A DNA stretch of 41,416 nt from Oligoflexales bacterium. Its GTDB lineage: Bacteria; Bdellovibrionota_B; Oligoflexia; Oligoflexales; CAIYRB01. Below are positions 1 to 9,821 of this stretch, one piece after another (the first letter of the stretch is position 1; each line of letters begins with the position of its first letter). The notes beneath the pieces were generated by a model that was not told the DNA's origin, did no database searches, and saw nothing but the letters and a program-made list of their open reading frames with translations. The stretch is from NCBI GenBank assembly GCA_041736175.1, contig JBGSUI010000105.1, positions 1 to 41,416 of the forward strand, given 5' to 3'. A program made the translations under genes and the position numbers.

Positions 1-353
1 AATCAATTGGGCCTCAAAAATCAGCATCAAATGAATTCCAAAATGAAGACTTTCCCGCTAAAAAAAGCCCTTATGCAGAGCGTTAATCATTCGAGGCTCC
101 AAAACTTGGTTATAGCATGAGGGCCTTTTTGGACACCCCAAGTCGAGACTTGACCTCTCCTCGTCAATGTGAAAGCTTGGGGACACAGTTTAAACCTTTT
201 TTCTTTAGCGGCTTGTCCATAAACGAAAAAACCAATAGAAGCACCAACAGTCAATAAAAAGCTGGAATCGATTTGACTCATGCTTTTTTAAAGAGCCAGA
301 GCCCACTTTAATGCCCTAAATTCATTTATTTTTTATCCTATTCTTTAAAATAA

Positions 354-381
354 TCAAGATCTCTAGGCAAATTGCCGAAAC
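354..381 (+). promoter_or_regulatory. Putative sigma28/FliA-type promoter (TCAAG-N15-GCCGAAAC)
   Basis: tcaag-atctctaggcaaatt-gccgaaac lies 60 bp upstream of the 442 ATG. The same boxes and spacing recur at 22706-22733 on the minus strand. Confidence 0.5.
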
Positions 382-441
382 GATTTAAGTACAAAAGATC
401 CAAATTGTTTCACACCATTCATAGAAAGGGGGTAAGAGCAT

Positions 442-1128
442 ATGGACCGACGTCATTTCTTAAAGCACACGGCTAAGACAGGGTCAAGTTTAGGGTTTTA
501 CTCATACCTGGGATACCAAGCCTTTGGTTCTTCGACGGCACACGCTACTGTCAAAGTTTTTAGAGATCTTCAAATGACCTGTGGAGTCGGGACCACAAAA
601 ACCTTTGCAGCCGAAAACTTTCTCACGGCAGGCGACGTTACGATTGCCCAAGGGATCGTGGAAGGAAATCATACCCATAATGTTGTCGTCACGGCTGCCC
701 AGATCAACATGATCATAGCCGGACAGGTCATTCGATTTCCGAGCGCACAAGGTTCAGACAATTCAGGTCCCCATAATGTCACAATCGATCCAGCCCAGGT
801 CGTGGCGGCTGGCAATAGCATAGAGGCTTTTGAGGCAGAAGGCGCTGATATCATCGGCGTGGTCCTTGGAAAAGGAGATGCTCCATTTTTATATGTATCA
901 GGTCAAAACCTAAAACCAGGATCACTTAGCTACTGCATTGGCGGCAGTGCCTGCCAGACGCCCAGTGGCAAAATCGTAGCATTGGAAGCTTATACCACTA
1001 AAAATGGCCAGGATATTTTCACATCCAGAGATCGGTTAATGATCAATAATGGGGATCTTATCCATGTATTTGCGGAGACATCAACCGGTTCCCCCGTCAA
1101 AGTCATAGCAAAGGTGGCAAAAATATGA
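442..1128 (+). CDS. Tat-exported hypothetical protein with His-containing putative metal-binding motifs
   Basis: Twin-arginine motif MDRRHFLK; AHA cleavage-like site; GNHTHNVVV and SGPHNVTI motifs; purine-rich RBS upstream. Confidence 0.7.
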   Translation: MDRRHFLKHTAKTGSSLGFYSYLGYQAFGSSTAHATVKVFRDLQMTCGVGTTKTFAAENFLTAGDVTIAQGIVEGNHTHNVVVTAAQINMIIAGQVIRFPSAQGSDNSGPHNVTIDPAQVVAAGNSIEAFEAEGADIIGVVLGKGDAPFLYVSGQNLKPGSLSYCIGGSACQTPSGKIVALEAYTTKNGQDIFTSRDRLMINNGDLIHVFAETSTGSPVKVIAKVAKI

Positions 1129-1577
1129 AAATCCAAAAACAAACTGTGAACTATTTGCAAAACTTTTCTCTCATCTTTGTAGGATACATGGGCCTAGCTC
1201 TATTTTCAGCATGCGATCAAGACTCCAAACAGTCTGACCGCACAGGCTCTCGAGAAGCTCCCTCGGCTGAGAACTCTCAAACCAAAAACACAACAAACTC
1301 CCCAACAAAAAAATCAAAATCGACAAACCCTAGAGATCCCGAAAAAGACAAGGCTGGTAGCGCCCAAACCGGGGAGGCAGATCAAGTAAAGTCTGATGAA
1401 CCCCAACAAAAAGCCGCTGACGTTGTCCAGCCCAATGAGCCCGATAAAAATCAGCAAACGTCACCTATGGAACCTCGCCTGGAAGACATGGACTTGATCA
1501 ACAACATGGCCGCTGGCAAGGTGATGGGCAATGGGATTTTGAATCTAACGACCTCTAAACTTTTAAAATTGAATTAA
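1125..1577 (+). CDS. Putative lipoprotein with low-complexity, probably disordered body
   Basis: ATGA overlap with the upstream gene; hydrophobic stretch ending in lipobox-like LFSAC; polar S/T/K/Q/D-rich remainder. Confidence 0.6.
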   Translation: MKIQKQTVNYLQNFSLIFVGYMGLALFSACDQDSKQSDRTGSREAPSAENSQTKNTTNSPTKKSKSTNPRDPEKDKAGSAQTGEADQVKSDEPQQKAADVVQPNEPDKNQQTSPMEPRLEDMDLINNMAAGKVMGNGILNLTTSKLLKLN

Positions 1578-1943
1578 AACGTGAGTAGAACCTTGGGTCT
1601 AACTAGAGATGGAAATCTCTTGGAAAACCATAAAGGGCGATCGTACTTCCTAAGGACTAAAATTGCTTGTTGAATATATGATAGGTTCGATTGGGAGTCG
1701 CACACTTATCGTAAAGTGAAGGGCCATCCTTTGCCAGGCAACCGATTGCGGGTCGATTGGTACTCACAGCATATCTAAAAAACTTTTCAAGTAAAAGATA
1801 GGCAGCTCCTGTTTTTTGCTGCTCAGGCAGGATCCCAATCGTATGGGCTAATAGGCGGCTTGGAATAAACTGCCCACTCGTGTCCATGGCAACCTCTTGC
1901 CCGTGGGCCTTTTGCAATAAAGGCGCTAAATCCCAGAAGCCAA

Positions 1944-2168
1944 ATGCATAGCCAAAAAGTCGTTGAATCGACTAAAGAGGTTATAAAAGATTTAAGTGTT
2001 CCCGAGGACAAAGCAAAAAAAATTGCCGCTGATTGGTGCAATTGCTTTAAAGATGGCGCTGTAAAAGCAGGAAAAAAAGATGATTATGATGAACTTGATA
2101 AATACTATGGCACCGCAGACGGCAAAAAGCTTGATAAAACCTGTGGTGAAAAAGCTGGGTGGAAATAA
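1944..2168 (+). pseudogene. Small Cys-containing helical protein, probably the 3' remnant of a degraded gene
   Basis: Protein-like composition (WCNCFKDG...KTCGEKAGWK). No good RBS, and an in-frame stop lies upstream at 1866. A plausible preceding segment (PEAKCIAK) is in another frame. Confidence 0.35.
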
Positions 2169-2343
2169 GCTGAACTCGCTAACACTTTCGAGTTAGCGCG
2201 AACCAGCGCCTTTTATCCCAGTCACAAAGGGCGGGATATTACGGCGCTAAGGAAAAAAATCCAGAAATCAAGGTGCTAAGTTAACGACATGCCTTTTTTT
2301 GTCGTTCTTCTTGGGCCCTTGAGATAAGTATACTGTGGACTTA

Positions 2344-2360
2344 GTCAATAGACCATTGAC
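2344..2360. promoter_or_regulatory. Inverted repeat upstream of acr3 (possible metalloregulator operator)
   Basis: GTCAAT-agacc-ATTGAC, extendable with ggact/agtcc arms. It overlaps a TTGACA hexamer and lies just downstream of TATACT (2329-2334). Confidence 0.4.
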
Positions 2361-2403
2361 AGTCCGCGATGTTCCGCAGACAGAAGGAAGGTAAAGTCAT
2401 CCC

Positions 2404-3471
2404 ATGTTTGAAAGTACCCAAGCCGTATCACGCAAACTATCGTTTCTAGATCGGTTTTTGACCTTATGGATTTTCCTAGCGATGGCCTTAGGCATCGTCG
2501 CTGGGCATTTTGTGCCGACTTTGCAGTCGTGGCTGACCTCCATGAGCTATGGCACCACTTCAATACCGATAGCGATTGGCCTTATTTTGATGATGTATCC
2601 GCCACTTGCAAAGGTGAAGTACGAAGAAATCCCTCATGTCTTCCGGAACAAAAAGGTTTTGCTTCTATCACTTGTTCAAAACTGGATCTTAGGCCCGCTT
2701 TTGATGTTTGGCTTAGCAACTCTCCTCCTTTCTGACAGACCAGAATATATGGCAGGACTTATTTTGATTGGACTTGCCCGTTGCATCGCTATGGTTATTG
2801 TTTGGAACGAACTCGCAGAGGGAAGTACCGAATATTGTGCTGGCTTGGTCGCGATGAACTCCATTTTTCAGATTTTACTCTTTCCAGCTTATGCCTATTT
2901 TTTTCTATTTACACTTCCAACAACCTTAGGCCTCCCTGGTGTAGCGATCGAAATGTCGATGGGCGAAATCGCTAAATCTGTAGGAATTTATCTAGGAATC
3001 CCCTTTGCAGCGGGGTCCTTAACACGCCTGTGGCTGAGGAAGTCAAAGGGTTCCAAATGGTACGATCAAACCTTTGTAACCAATATAGGCCCACTCACTC
3101 TGATTTCACTGTTGTTCACCATTGTCTTGATGTTTTCACTCAAAGCCGAACAGATTATGACCGTCCCCATGGATATCGTCCGCATTGCCATCCCCCTGGT
3201 GATTTACTTTGGTGTGATGTTTATCGGATCCTTTGTCCTTAGCAAAAAGGTTGGGGCAGATTACCAACAATCTGCAACCCTTTCTTTTACAGCAGCTTCA
3301 AACAATTTCGAACTCGCCATTGCAGTCGCCATAGCGACGTTTGGTATCCAGCATGGCGCTGCCTTTGCGGCTGTGGTAGGACCCTTGGTCGAGGTTCCCA
3401 CCCTGATTGGACTTGTAGGGGTCTCTCTTTGGATTAGAAAGAATTTCTATGGAAAGGTAGAAGCCCGATGA
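2404..3471 (+). CDS. acr3: Acr3-family arsenite efflux transporter
   Basis: [45 protein letters not shown] and GPLVEVP motifs; about 10 hydrophobic segments. Confidence 0.96.
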   Translation: MFESTQAVSRKLSFLDRFLTLWIFLAMALGIVAGHFVPTLQSWLTSMSYGTTSIPIAIGLILMMYPPLAKVKYEEIPHVFRNKKVLLLSLVQNWILGPLLMFGLATLLLSDRPEYMAGLILIGLARCIAMVIVWNELAEGSTEYCAGLVAMNSIFQILLFPAYAYFFLFTLPTTLGLPGVAIEMSMGEIAKSVGIYLGIPFAAGSLTRLWLRKSKGSKWYDQTFVTNIGPLTLISLLFTIVLMFSLKAEQIMTVPMDIVRIAIPLVIYFGVMFIGSFVLSKKVGADYQQSATLSFTAASNNFELAIAVAIATFGIQHGAAFAAVVGPLVEVPTLIGLVGVSLWIRKNFYGKVEAR

Positions 3472-3902
3472 AAAAACCGAAAATCCTTTTTATGTGTGTG
3501 GCTAACTCGGCGAGGAGCCAGCTGGCCGAATCTCTTGCTAGACAAATCTTCGAAGACGAAGCCGAGATTCGCAGCGCTGGTTCACAACCTTCTAAAGTAA
3601 ACCCGTATGCAGTTCGTGCCTTGAGCGAGGTTGGCGCCGACGTCAGATCGCTTTATTCAAAATCAGTCGACGACTTGCCCTTTGAATTCGTCACATCCCT
3701 TGATTATGTCATCACCCTGTGTGCAGAAGAAGTTTGCCCCGTAGTCATCTCAACAGCGAGGCGCATTCACTGGCCGTTGCCTGACCCTGCGGGAAAAAAC
3801 GGCACAGAGGACGAGCAAATGGGTCGGTTTCGTGAAACCAGAGATATTATCAAACTAAAATTAGTAGAATTTTTTAGAGAACAAGTTGTCAAAGGAGTGT
3901 AG
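3468..3902 (+). CDS. arsC: Thioredoxin-coupled arsenate reductase (LMW-PTP fold)
   Basis: P-loop CVANSARS, resolving Cys pair TLCAEEVCP and HWPLPDP motif; ATGA-coupled to acr3. Confidence 0.92.
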   Translation: MKKPKILFMCVANSARSQLAESLARQIFEDEAEIRSAGSQPSKVNPYAVRALSEVGADVRSLYSKSVDDLPFEFVTSLDYVITLCAEEVCPVVISTARRIHWPLPDPAGKNGTEDEQMGRFRETRDIIKLKLVEFFREQVVKGV

Positions 3903-3979
3903 TATGAGAATCGATTAAACACGATTCACTCACAGTGATGCTCTAAAGGGTTTGAGAAAGCGGCTTTGCGACCTACCTC

Positions 3980-4627
3980 CTAGTGGGTGCCTAGAGGTGC
4001 CTGGAGTTCTTTACGCAGGAGAGAGACTAATTTTTCCGTAAGCCCCTGACCAGGAGTATACCCCCTTTGTATATAGCTTAAACTCCCCTGACGATTGATC
4101 ACCAAGGTCATAGGAAACGCATCGACGCCCAGCTTTTCGGTCACTGCAAATTGGGGGTCCATCACGTTTTTGGTGAGAAACCAGACGGGGTCTACGAGAT
4201 TTTGTTTGGCCCAGGCGATACCCTGGTTGGGGTCTTTATCTAGATTGACAAAGACTAAACGAAGGTCTTTTTCGCTTTTGAGGACTTTAAGGCTTTTTTC
4301 CATCTCTAGGAGCTCCACCTTACAGGCGTCGCACCAGGTGGCCCAAAAATTGAGCATTGTCACCTTGCCCAGGGTTTGGCTAGTATCAAAATCAGCAGAA
4401 CTCACGTCGGATCGACCGTAGCCCTTATCGACGGAGCCCTTATCGACGGAGCCCTTATCCACGGAGCCCTTATCGACGGAGCCCTTTTTAAGGGCCGCGA
4501 TGGCAACTACAGGCAGCTTGTCACCAAGATTCAGCGCGAAAAGATCCCCGGCTGACATTCCTATAAAAACAAGATCGAGTAAAATCAAAATCCTAAACTT
4601 TTTTAAAACATCATCCAAGACTCGCAT
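3980..4627 (-). CDS. TlpA-family thiol-disulfide oxidoreductase
   Basis: LNFWATWCDAC active site and cis-Pro motif AFPMT; N-terminal hydrophobic/signal segment. Confidence 0.88.
   Translation of the reverse strand: MRVLDDVLKKFRILILLDLVFIGMSAGDLFALNLGDKLPVVAIAALKKGSVDKGSVDKGSVDKGSVDKGYGRSDVSSADFDTSQTLGKVTMLNFWATWCDACKVELLEMEKSLKVLKSEKDLRLVFVNLDKDPNQGIAWAKQNLVDPVWFLTKNVMDPQFAVTEKLGVDAFPMTLVINRQGSLSYIQRGYTPGQGLTEKLVSLLRKELQAPLGTH
4421..4486. repeat. 15-bp in-frame tandem repeat, about 4.4 copies (KGSVD)
   Basis: gcccttatcgacgga four times (third copy has one substitution) plus gccctt. Confidence 0.95.
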
Positions 4628-4628
4628 C

Positions 4629-6506
4629 TTAAGGCCCCCTTTCGGCTTCTTTTGATAGTTTCCATTGCTCTTCTAAAAACAGCTCTAATTCGTCTTTTTT
4701 CCTGCCCCCCGACGGCCCCTCTAGGGCCTCCTTACTTTCCATCAGTTTTGCAATCTTGCCGTCTTGGTCATAGACCACGATGCGGTAACCGTTTCCAAGA
4801 TTAGGGGACAAGGCCAAAAGATAGCCATCGTGGATGCGGTTTTTATAGCTATCATCGCTGGTATCGTCAGGAATTGGGTCTAGAAGCAGAGGCACTCGGA
4901 TTCCCATAGCCTTAAATCCAAGGTAACCGTCAAACCGCCCCAGTTGGTAGCCATTGATGAGTTTGTTGTAAAATTCGTCGAGACTCCAGCCTTCAGGGCT
5001 ATAGCGGTTTTCTACCGCATAAATTCCGCAAAAACCCGCCCTCTCCTGACAAAAATCCAAAAGCCCACCCGGCGCGCTCCAATGCTTTAGCTCCTGCTCA
5101 CAGGAGCCGCAGTCCGTCTGAAAAAAAGCTAGAGCGGTCCAAGCATGCTCCCTGCGAAGGGAGGCAAAACCAACGGACTCCAGACCTCGATAGAGCTGAA
5201 AATCAGGCCCTGGCAGATTGGTGTCGCGAGTCGCTGGAAGAGCCACTTGGGATGCCTCCAAGATTTTCGCAAGGTCTTGGACTTGAGTTTGGAGGTGGCC
5301 TTCCTTTGCATAACGGAGCTGACCATCGGGGGCAAACATATAGACTTGGGGTCCACGTTCTGGGCGGTCGATAAGGACATACCCCTGAGGGTCCAAAGAT
5401 CTCGGGTAATCCCAATCAAAGAGCGAGGGAAACACCTCAAAAAAGTCTCCGCCGCCTTTTACGACACCGGGTGCTTGGCAGACTCCTGATCCTGGCGGAT
5501 TAGGACCGTAATCAAAACCTGCGACGGCCTCTTGGGTCGCCACAAGGGTCAGGCTCTGACATTGAGGAGGTTCTGTTTTTTGACAAAGGCTCTCAATCTT
5601 AAGCTGGTTGGCGAGACATTCCCCTTGGCAGGAGTGACGCACGACTTGGACCACGAGATTTTTCCCTGCCTCTCGCAAACTTTGCAGCGATCTTTGGTTA
5701 CCAAGACAATCTTCGACCCCCACGCCTTCAAGACGGTTTGCTGCGATCATCGCGAGAGACGACTTCGGAGAGGTTGGGGACTCGGGGGAAGGCCCTGTTG
5801 GACCTTCTTTGACAGGGTCAGGGAGTTCTCCCGGAAATTCCCCAGGAAGCTCCGGCCTATTTCCTGGGTTTTGACCATCTCCCCTTAATGACAATCCTAC
5901 TTTTTCCATCATCTCACCGACACTCACCGGGTCGTCGGCGCCAATCCGCCAAAGAATCCCCTGGCGACCTACAAGGACGCTAAGGGGGACTTTAAATTTT
6001 TCTTCACCCACCAAAAAATGTTGGACCATGGTCCGACCCGACGGGTCAGACCACCTGATAAAGGGATATTGGTTAAAGTAGCTACCGAGACGCTCGGGAC
6101 TAGGGTCGGTGTTGACTCCGATAACTTTAAACCTTTTACCCTCGTCTGTTAAAAAGAGAGGGTGTTTGCCTAAGACCTGATTTTTGAAGACCTCGGCTTT
6201 ACGGCCACAGGCGGCACAGGCTTTTGAACCAAATAATAAGAGAAGATGGTCGGCTCCCTCTAGGTCCATGGCTTCCTGAAGACTAAACTGTTTTCGCTGG
6301 TCTTCGTCGGCACCTATGGTCCAAAACAAGATTCCCTCAGGTTTAAAATCAGAGGCTTTCCCAGGCGGCAAACTTCCTAACGTCTGGGGGATCTTCGAAG
6401 CACAGCCAACTCCCCAAAGACCCAGCGCGAGTCCCGCCATTCTCAATATCAATAACCTTAAAAAAAATGGTTTTCTCATAGTTCGTTCCCCATCCTGAAC
6501 AGACAT
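4629..6506 (-). CDS. Putative lipoprotein with three thioredoxin-like domains
   Basis: Lipobox-like GVGC; three beta-strand plus Cys motifs (LLLFGSKACAAC, VVQVVRHSCQGEC, LAFFQTDCGSC); Pro/Glu/Gly linker. Confidence 0.65.
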   Translation of the reverse strand: MSVQDGERTMRKPFFLRLLILRMAGLALGLWGVGCASKIPQTLGSLPPGKASDFKPEGILFWTIGADEDQRKQFSLQEAMDLEGADHLLLLFGSKACAACGRKAEVFKNQVLGKHPLFLTDEGKRFKVIGVNTDPSPERLGSYFNQYPFIRWSDPSGRTMVQHFLVGEEKFKVPLSVLVGRQGILWRIGADDPVSVGEMMEKVGLSLRGDGQNPGNRPELPGEFPGELPDPVKEGPTGPSPESPTSPKSSLAMIAANRLEGVGVEDCLGNQRSLQSLREAGKNLVVQVVRHSCQGECLANQLKIESLCQKTEPPQCQSLTLVATQEAVAGFDYGPNPPGSGVCQAPGVVKGGGDFFEVFPSLFDWDYPRSLDPQGYVLIDRPERGPQVYMFAPDGQLRYAKEGHLQTQVQDLAKILEASQVALPATRDTNLPGPDFQLYRGLESVGFASLRREHAWTALAFFQTDCGSCEQELKHWSAPGGLLDFCQERAGFCGIYAVENRYSPEGWSLDEFYNKLINGYQLGRFDGYLGFKAMGIRVPLLLDPIPDDTSDDSYKNRIHDGYLLALSPNLGNGYRIVVYDQDGKIAKLMESKEALEGPSGGRKKDELELFLEEQWKLSKEAERGP

Positions 6507-6512
6507 GAACCT

Positions 6513-6794
6513 CTATCCACCGCACGTAGGACAAGAAGTCCCCCCAGACGCAGTCCCTCCGCGAGCGCCCAGCTTTTCCTGAGCTCCCATGGCTCCTAAC
6601 ATCAGGGGAGCCCCTAACTCTGTAGACCATTCGTCTGTCATCACCGGCTCGAGTAAATATTCTTTTTCGTAAGGTTTAAGGGGTGTGCAAGCCAAAGCAC
6701 CCGCTAGGATGCAGCAGATTCCAAGAAACCATGGCCGGGATCTAAGCCCCCCTGCTTGGATCGGCCTCCCAAAAATCTGTTGACGATAATCCAT
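6513..6794 (-). CDS. DUF4266-like small lipoprotein
   Basis: LAC lipobox followed by LKPYEKEYL..P.M; Gly-rich Cys-bearing C-terminus GGTSCPTCGG; position between a beta-barrel gene and thioredoxin genes. Confidence 0.75.
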   Translation of the reverse strand: MDYRQQIFGRPIQAGGLRSRPWFLGICCILAGALACTPLKPYEKEYLLEPVMTDEWSTELGAPLMLGAMGAQEKLGARGGTASGGTSCPTCGG

Positions 6795-6847
6795 CTCAAT
6801 TCTCCGCCGATCAGTGACTACAATCTACTTCTGAATTCCCTAGGGAT

Positions 6848-7969
6848 TTAAAATAATGCAGAAAGTCCCGCCTCGATACTACGACCTAACAGCCCTCCGT
6901 TGGTTTGGTAGCGGCTGACGACGATCTCACCCCGGTATCCCCGCTCTTGGCCTTGACTAAGCTCCTTAGCAAACTGATAACCAAGGCCAAGGCTTACCAG
7001 GTCCGAGCCAAATAATTTTTCTTCTCTGAGCACACGGGTCACTTCCTGCTCTTTATAGAAACGGTAGGCAAGCCTCGACTGGACCCGTTGGTCAAGTTGG
7101 ATATTGACCCCGGCCTCCATGGTCAGGGAGTCGACCTCACCATAGGTGGTGTCGGTGCCCAGCGCTCCTTTGTTAACCGCTCTGATGATACCCAAATCGA
7201 CCGATGTTTTAGTCGTCCTGAGAGGTGCTTCTTCTGCCACAGATGGTAGCGATGGAGGAGGAACCAAAAACTGGCGCACCCGGATCTGAGCCGCTCGGGC
7301 CTCAGGGCGACCTTTTTGGAGGATTTGGCTCACTTGGTAATCCATGATGGTCGAAGGCGTTGCAAGATGCCTGACCCCCAGGCTGACACCCCGAGACTTC
7401 CCCTCGGGAGGCGTGCCGATTTCTCTGGAATCAAAATCCAAAATACGAAACTCCGGCTGACGGGACTCCGTCTGGGAAAGGTCGACAGCAATCCTTATGG
7501 TCTCGTGGTACAGCCAGTGCCCCGCCCCTACGCCGATGGTCTGACGGTCCATCACCCCGTCGCCGCCCCCTTGGGCCATAAGGCGGGTCTCGGTCAACTT
7601 ATCCCAAGTTAAATTCCCCTGCACCGACCACTCGTCGTAGACACGGTCTCCCGAGCCATATTCGTTACGGACATAGTCGTCGTTTATGATATTTTGTTGG
7701 CGGTCTTGATCCCGGGTCATGGAGATACCAAGGGAGGTTTGAGTGAGAGCACCCCATCCACTCCTTGTCATCGTCCCATCAAGTCCAAACCGACGGCGTT
7801 CCAGCCCTTCACTGTCTTCATAAACCCCAATGCGCTGCCGCATAGTATGGCCCAGGATCGGACTAGATAACCCCGTACACAGCCCAAGGAAGGTCATAGC
7901 CCGAGGGAGACTCTTCTTAACCCTCAGTGGAAGGCTCAGCACAGCTCTTATCCAATGCCTTCCCTCCAT
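6848..7969 (-). CDS. Outer-membrane beta-barrel protein, DUF3570-like
   Basis: Alternating amphipathic beta-strand patterns; C-terminal Phe (LSALF); SRLAYRFY motif; DUF4266/TlpA context. Confidence 0.65.
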   Translation of the reverse strand: MEGRHWIRAVLSLPLRVKKSLPRAMTFLGLCTGLSSPILGHTMRQRIGVYEDSEGLERRRFGLDGTMTRSGWGALTQTSLGISMTRDQDRQQNIINDDYVRNEYGSGDRVYDEWSVQGNLTWDKLTETRLMAQGGGDGVMDRQTIGVGAGHWLYHETIRIAVDLSQTESRQPEFRILDFDSREIGTPPEGKSRGVSLGVRHLATPSTIMDYQVSQILQKGRPEARAAQIRVRQFLVPPPSLPSVAEEAPLRTTKTSVDLGIIRAVNKGALGTDTTYGEVDSLTMEAGVNIQLDQRVQSRLAYRFYKEQEVTRVLREEKLFGSDLVSLGLGYQFAKELSQGQERGYRGEIVVSRYQTNGGLLGRSIEAGLSALF

Positions 7970-8186
7970 TTGATTCCCCCCCTTAAATTCGAATTCTTAA
8001 CTTGTTGGCTTTTGAGTTGGATGAACTCCTAAATTTCCCCCATTCTGCCAGGTCACGTTTCCTTATACAAGAGACTCCGTTGGAATCATTCTTGCTCAGG
8101 TAGCTTTGATTCGTCCCCAAAGACCAGATGCTCCACCTTCTTTGCCCCCCTTGCCAGATGTCCAGGATCGAGTTAATCTTTTTCCT

Positions 8187-8873
8187 ATGAACAAATTTGA
8201 CTCCATACCGTTACCCTGGCTGCTTGTGGCGACACCCCAGCTGATGGATCCACTTTTCAAACGAAAAGTGGTCTTAATCGTCGAGCATAGCAAGACGGGA
8301 AGCATGGGATTTGTGCTCAACCACAAGGCCACCGCGCCCCTTTCGGACCTTGTGACCGTCCAGTATGTGAAGATCCCACTCCATGCCAGCGCTTGGATGG
8401 GTGGGCCGGTGGATCGCCAGTCGGGAGTGATCTTAGCCCACCGCACCCTTGCCCAAGACAGCAAGTCTACGGGGGGAACCTTTGTGAGTCCCTTTGTCCA
8501 AGATGCAGCTTTTGAGTCGGTCTCCGAAACAGGGTACTCTCTCTCGTCGAGCGAAGAGGCTTTGATTGAGCTGGTACGCTACTTCGAGCATCAAAAAGAG
8601 TCCTCCCAAACGGTTGATCTCGAAAAGGGAGTCCACCCTTTGGCACCCAACGCTCTCGGAGAACTCTATCCTTTTCGCTTTCTGGTGGGATACTCGGGGT
8701 GGGGACGGGGCCAGTTAGAGCAAGAAATCAAGTCGGGAGCTTGGATCCAAGTCCCCGCGACCCCTAAGCTGATCTTTGACACCCCGTGGCAGACCCTGTG
8801 GCAGGAGTGTATGAATCACGTCGGTGTAAACCCCAGGGCTTTTGCTCCCAGCTATCAGCCTTTCCTCCATTAA
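8187..8873 (+). CDS. YqgE/AlgH (DUF179) family protein
   Basis: LLVATPQLMDPLFKRKVVLI, GFVLN, WMGGPV, GYSGWGRGQLEQEI and AW motifs. ATG 8187 preferred over TTG 8106. Confidence 0.9.
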   Translation: MNKFDSIPLPWLLVATPQLMDPLFKRKVVLIVEHSKTGSMGFVLNHKATAPLSDLVTVQYVKIPLHASAWMGGPVDRQSGVILAHRTLAQDSKSTGGTFVSPFVQDAAFESVSETGYSLSSSEEALIELVRYFEHQKESSQTVDLEKGVHPLAPNALGELYPFRFLVGYSGWGRGQLEQEIKSGAWIQVPATPKLIFDTPWQTLWQECMNHVGVNPRAFAPSYQPFLH

Positions 8874-8892
8874 AATCAGCGCCAGTTTCCAC

Positions 8893-9738
8893 CTACTTCC
8901 AACGGTTATGCATCCAAAAATAACACTGGGGAGCCTGTTTCACGGCGTCTTCGACGACTTTATTAAACAAGATCGAATGATTGATCACATCTTGTTTGGG
9001 ATCCTCTGTCGTCTGAAGCACCACTGGGGGACAAAACACCAAACGGTGGCGTTCAAAGGACTTGCGGATGATATAGCCTGGAATCACCGGCGCTGGTTTT
9101 TTTTGGTAGATAGCTGCAAAGGAGGTGTTAGTCTTGGCAGGGTGATTAAAAAAAGGCAGTTTAGGTTCTCCTGGGCGCGCCTGATCCATCACAAATCCAA
9201 CGACTTCACCTTGGTCTAAAATCTCGACGATTCGTTTAAAACCGTCGCCTCTTTTTTGGCGTTTGACGGTGAGAAATCCGATGGTCTCCCGCACCCTCGA
9301 TACAAAACGGTCGAGACTTGAAAATCCAACTTTTTTAACGACCACATAACTCGGGGCGATCAGCCGGGTCATCGTCGCCCCCATGACCTCCCAGTTGCCC
9401 AGATGAAAACAAAGGATATAAGCCCCCTGGCCGTGGGCCAAAGCACCAGTGAGGTTTTCGGCACCTTCCACCTCAACCCCTGGGACGGGATCGATAGCGG
9501 AGGCCCGCAGAAACTCAAATACGGTCATCAAAAACTGACTGAGGGATTCTTGGGCTAGGGCTTTGCGCTCCTGCACGGTCTTATCTGGAAAGGCAATCCC
9601 TAGGTTACGAACCATCAGCCTATGCCGAATCCTAAAAACCCTGAACAACACAAAGCCCAGTTGCCTGGCAAGCCGTTCGCAGGTTTCCGGGGAACATTGG
9701 ACCAACCACCTACTGATCAGCCTTAACATTAAGTCCAT
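8893..9738 (-). CDS. Lipid A late acyltransferase, HtrB/LpxL family
   Basis: HLGNWE catalytic motif, DQ motif, FF..PA.T motif and C-terminal YFWMHNRWK. Confidence 0.88.
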   Translation of the reverse strand: MDLMLRLISRWLVQCSPETCERLARQLGFVLFRVFRIRHRLMVRNLGIAFPDKTVQERKALAQESLSQFLMTVFEFLRASAIDPVPGVEVEGAENLTGALAHGQGAYILCFHLGNWEVMGATMTRLIAPSYVVVKKVGFSSLDRFVSRVRETIGFLTVKRQKRGDGFKRIVEILDQGEVVGFVMDQARPGEPKLPFFNHPAKTNTSFAAIYQKKPAPVIPGYIIRKSFERHRLVFCPPVVLQTTEDPKQDVINHSILFNKVVEDAVKQAPQCYFWMHNRWK

Positions 9739-9821
9739 GATTTAAGTCCCATCATTCAAAAAACCTTGCCACATAGCAGTGCCGCCCCACTATAGACGAT
9801 TCTTAGGCAAAAAAAAGATTT

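Noticed and set aside
87..281. 64-aa minus-strand ORF
   Set aside because: No recognisable motif; at the window edge in AT-rich sequence; cannot be supported as a gene.
365..400. GGCAAA...GAAA as a c-di-GMP-I riboswitch
   Set aside because: The second stem and downstream conserved elements are missing. The sequence is better explained by the repeated promoter-like motif.
2169..2207. CGCTAAC...GTTAGCG hairpin as an integron attC site
   Set aside because: Only 8 nt separate the core-like ends, far too short for attC, and no integrase is present. At most a weak terminator or relic.
4421..4486. Short repeats as a possible CRISPR array
   Set aside because: Head-to-tail 15-bp units with no spacers, in frame inside a CDS, and no cas genes in the window.
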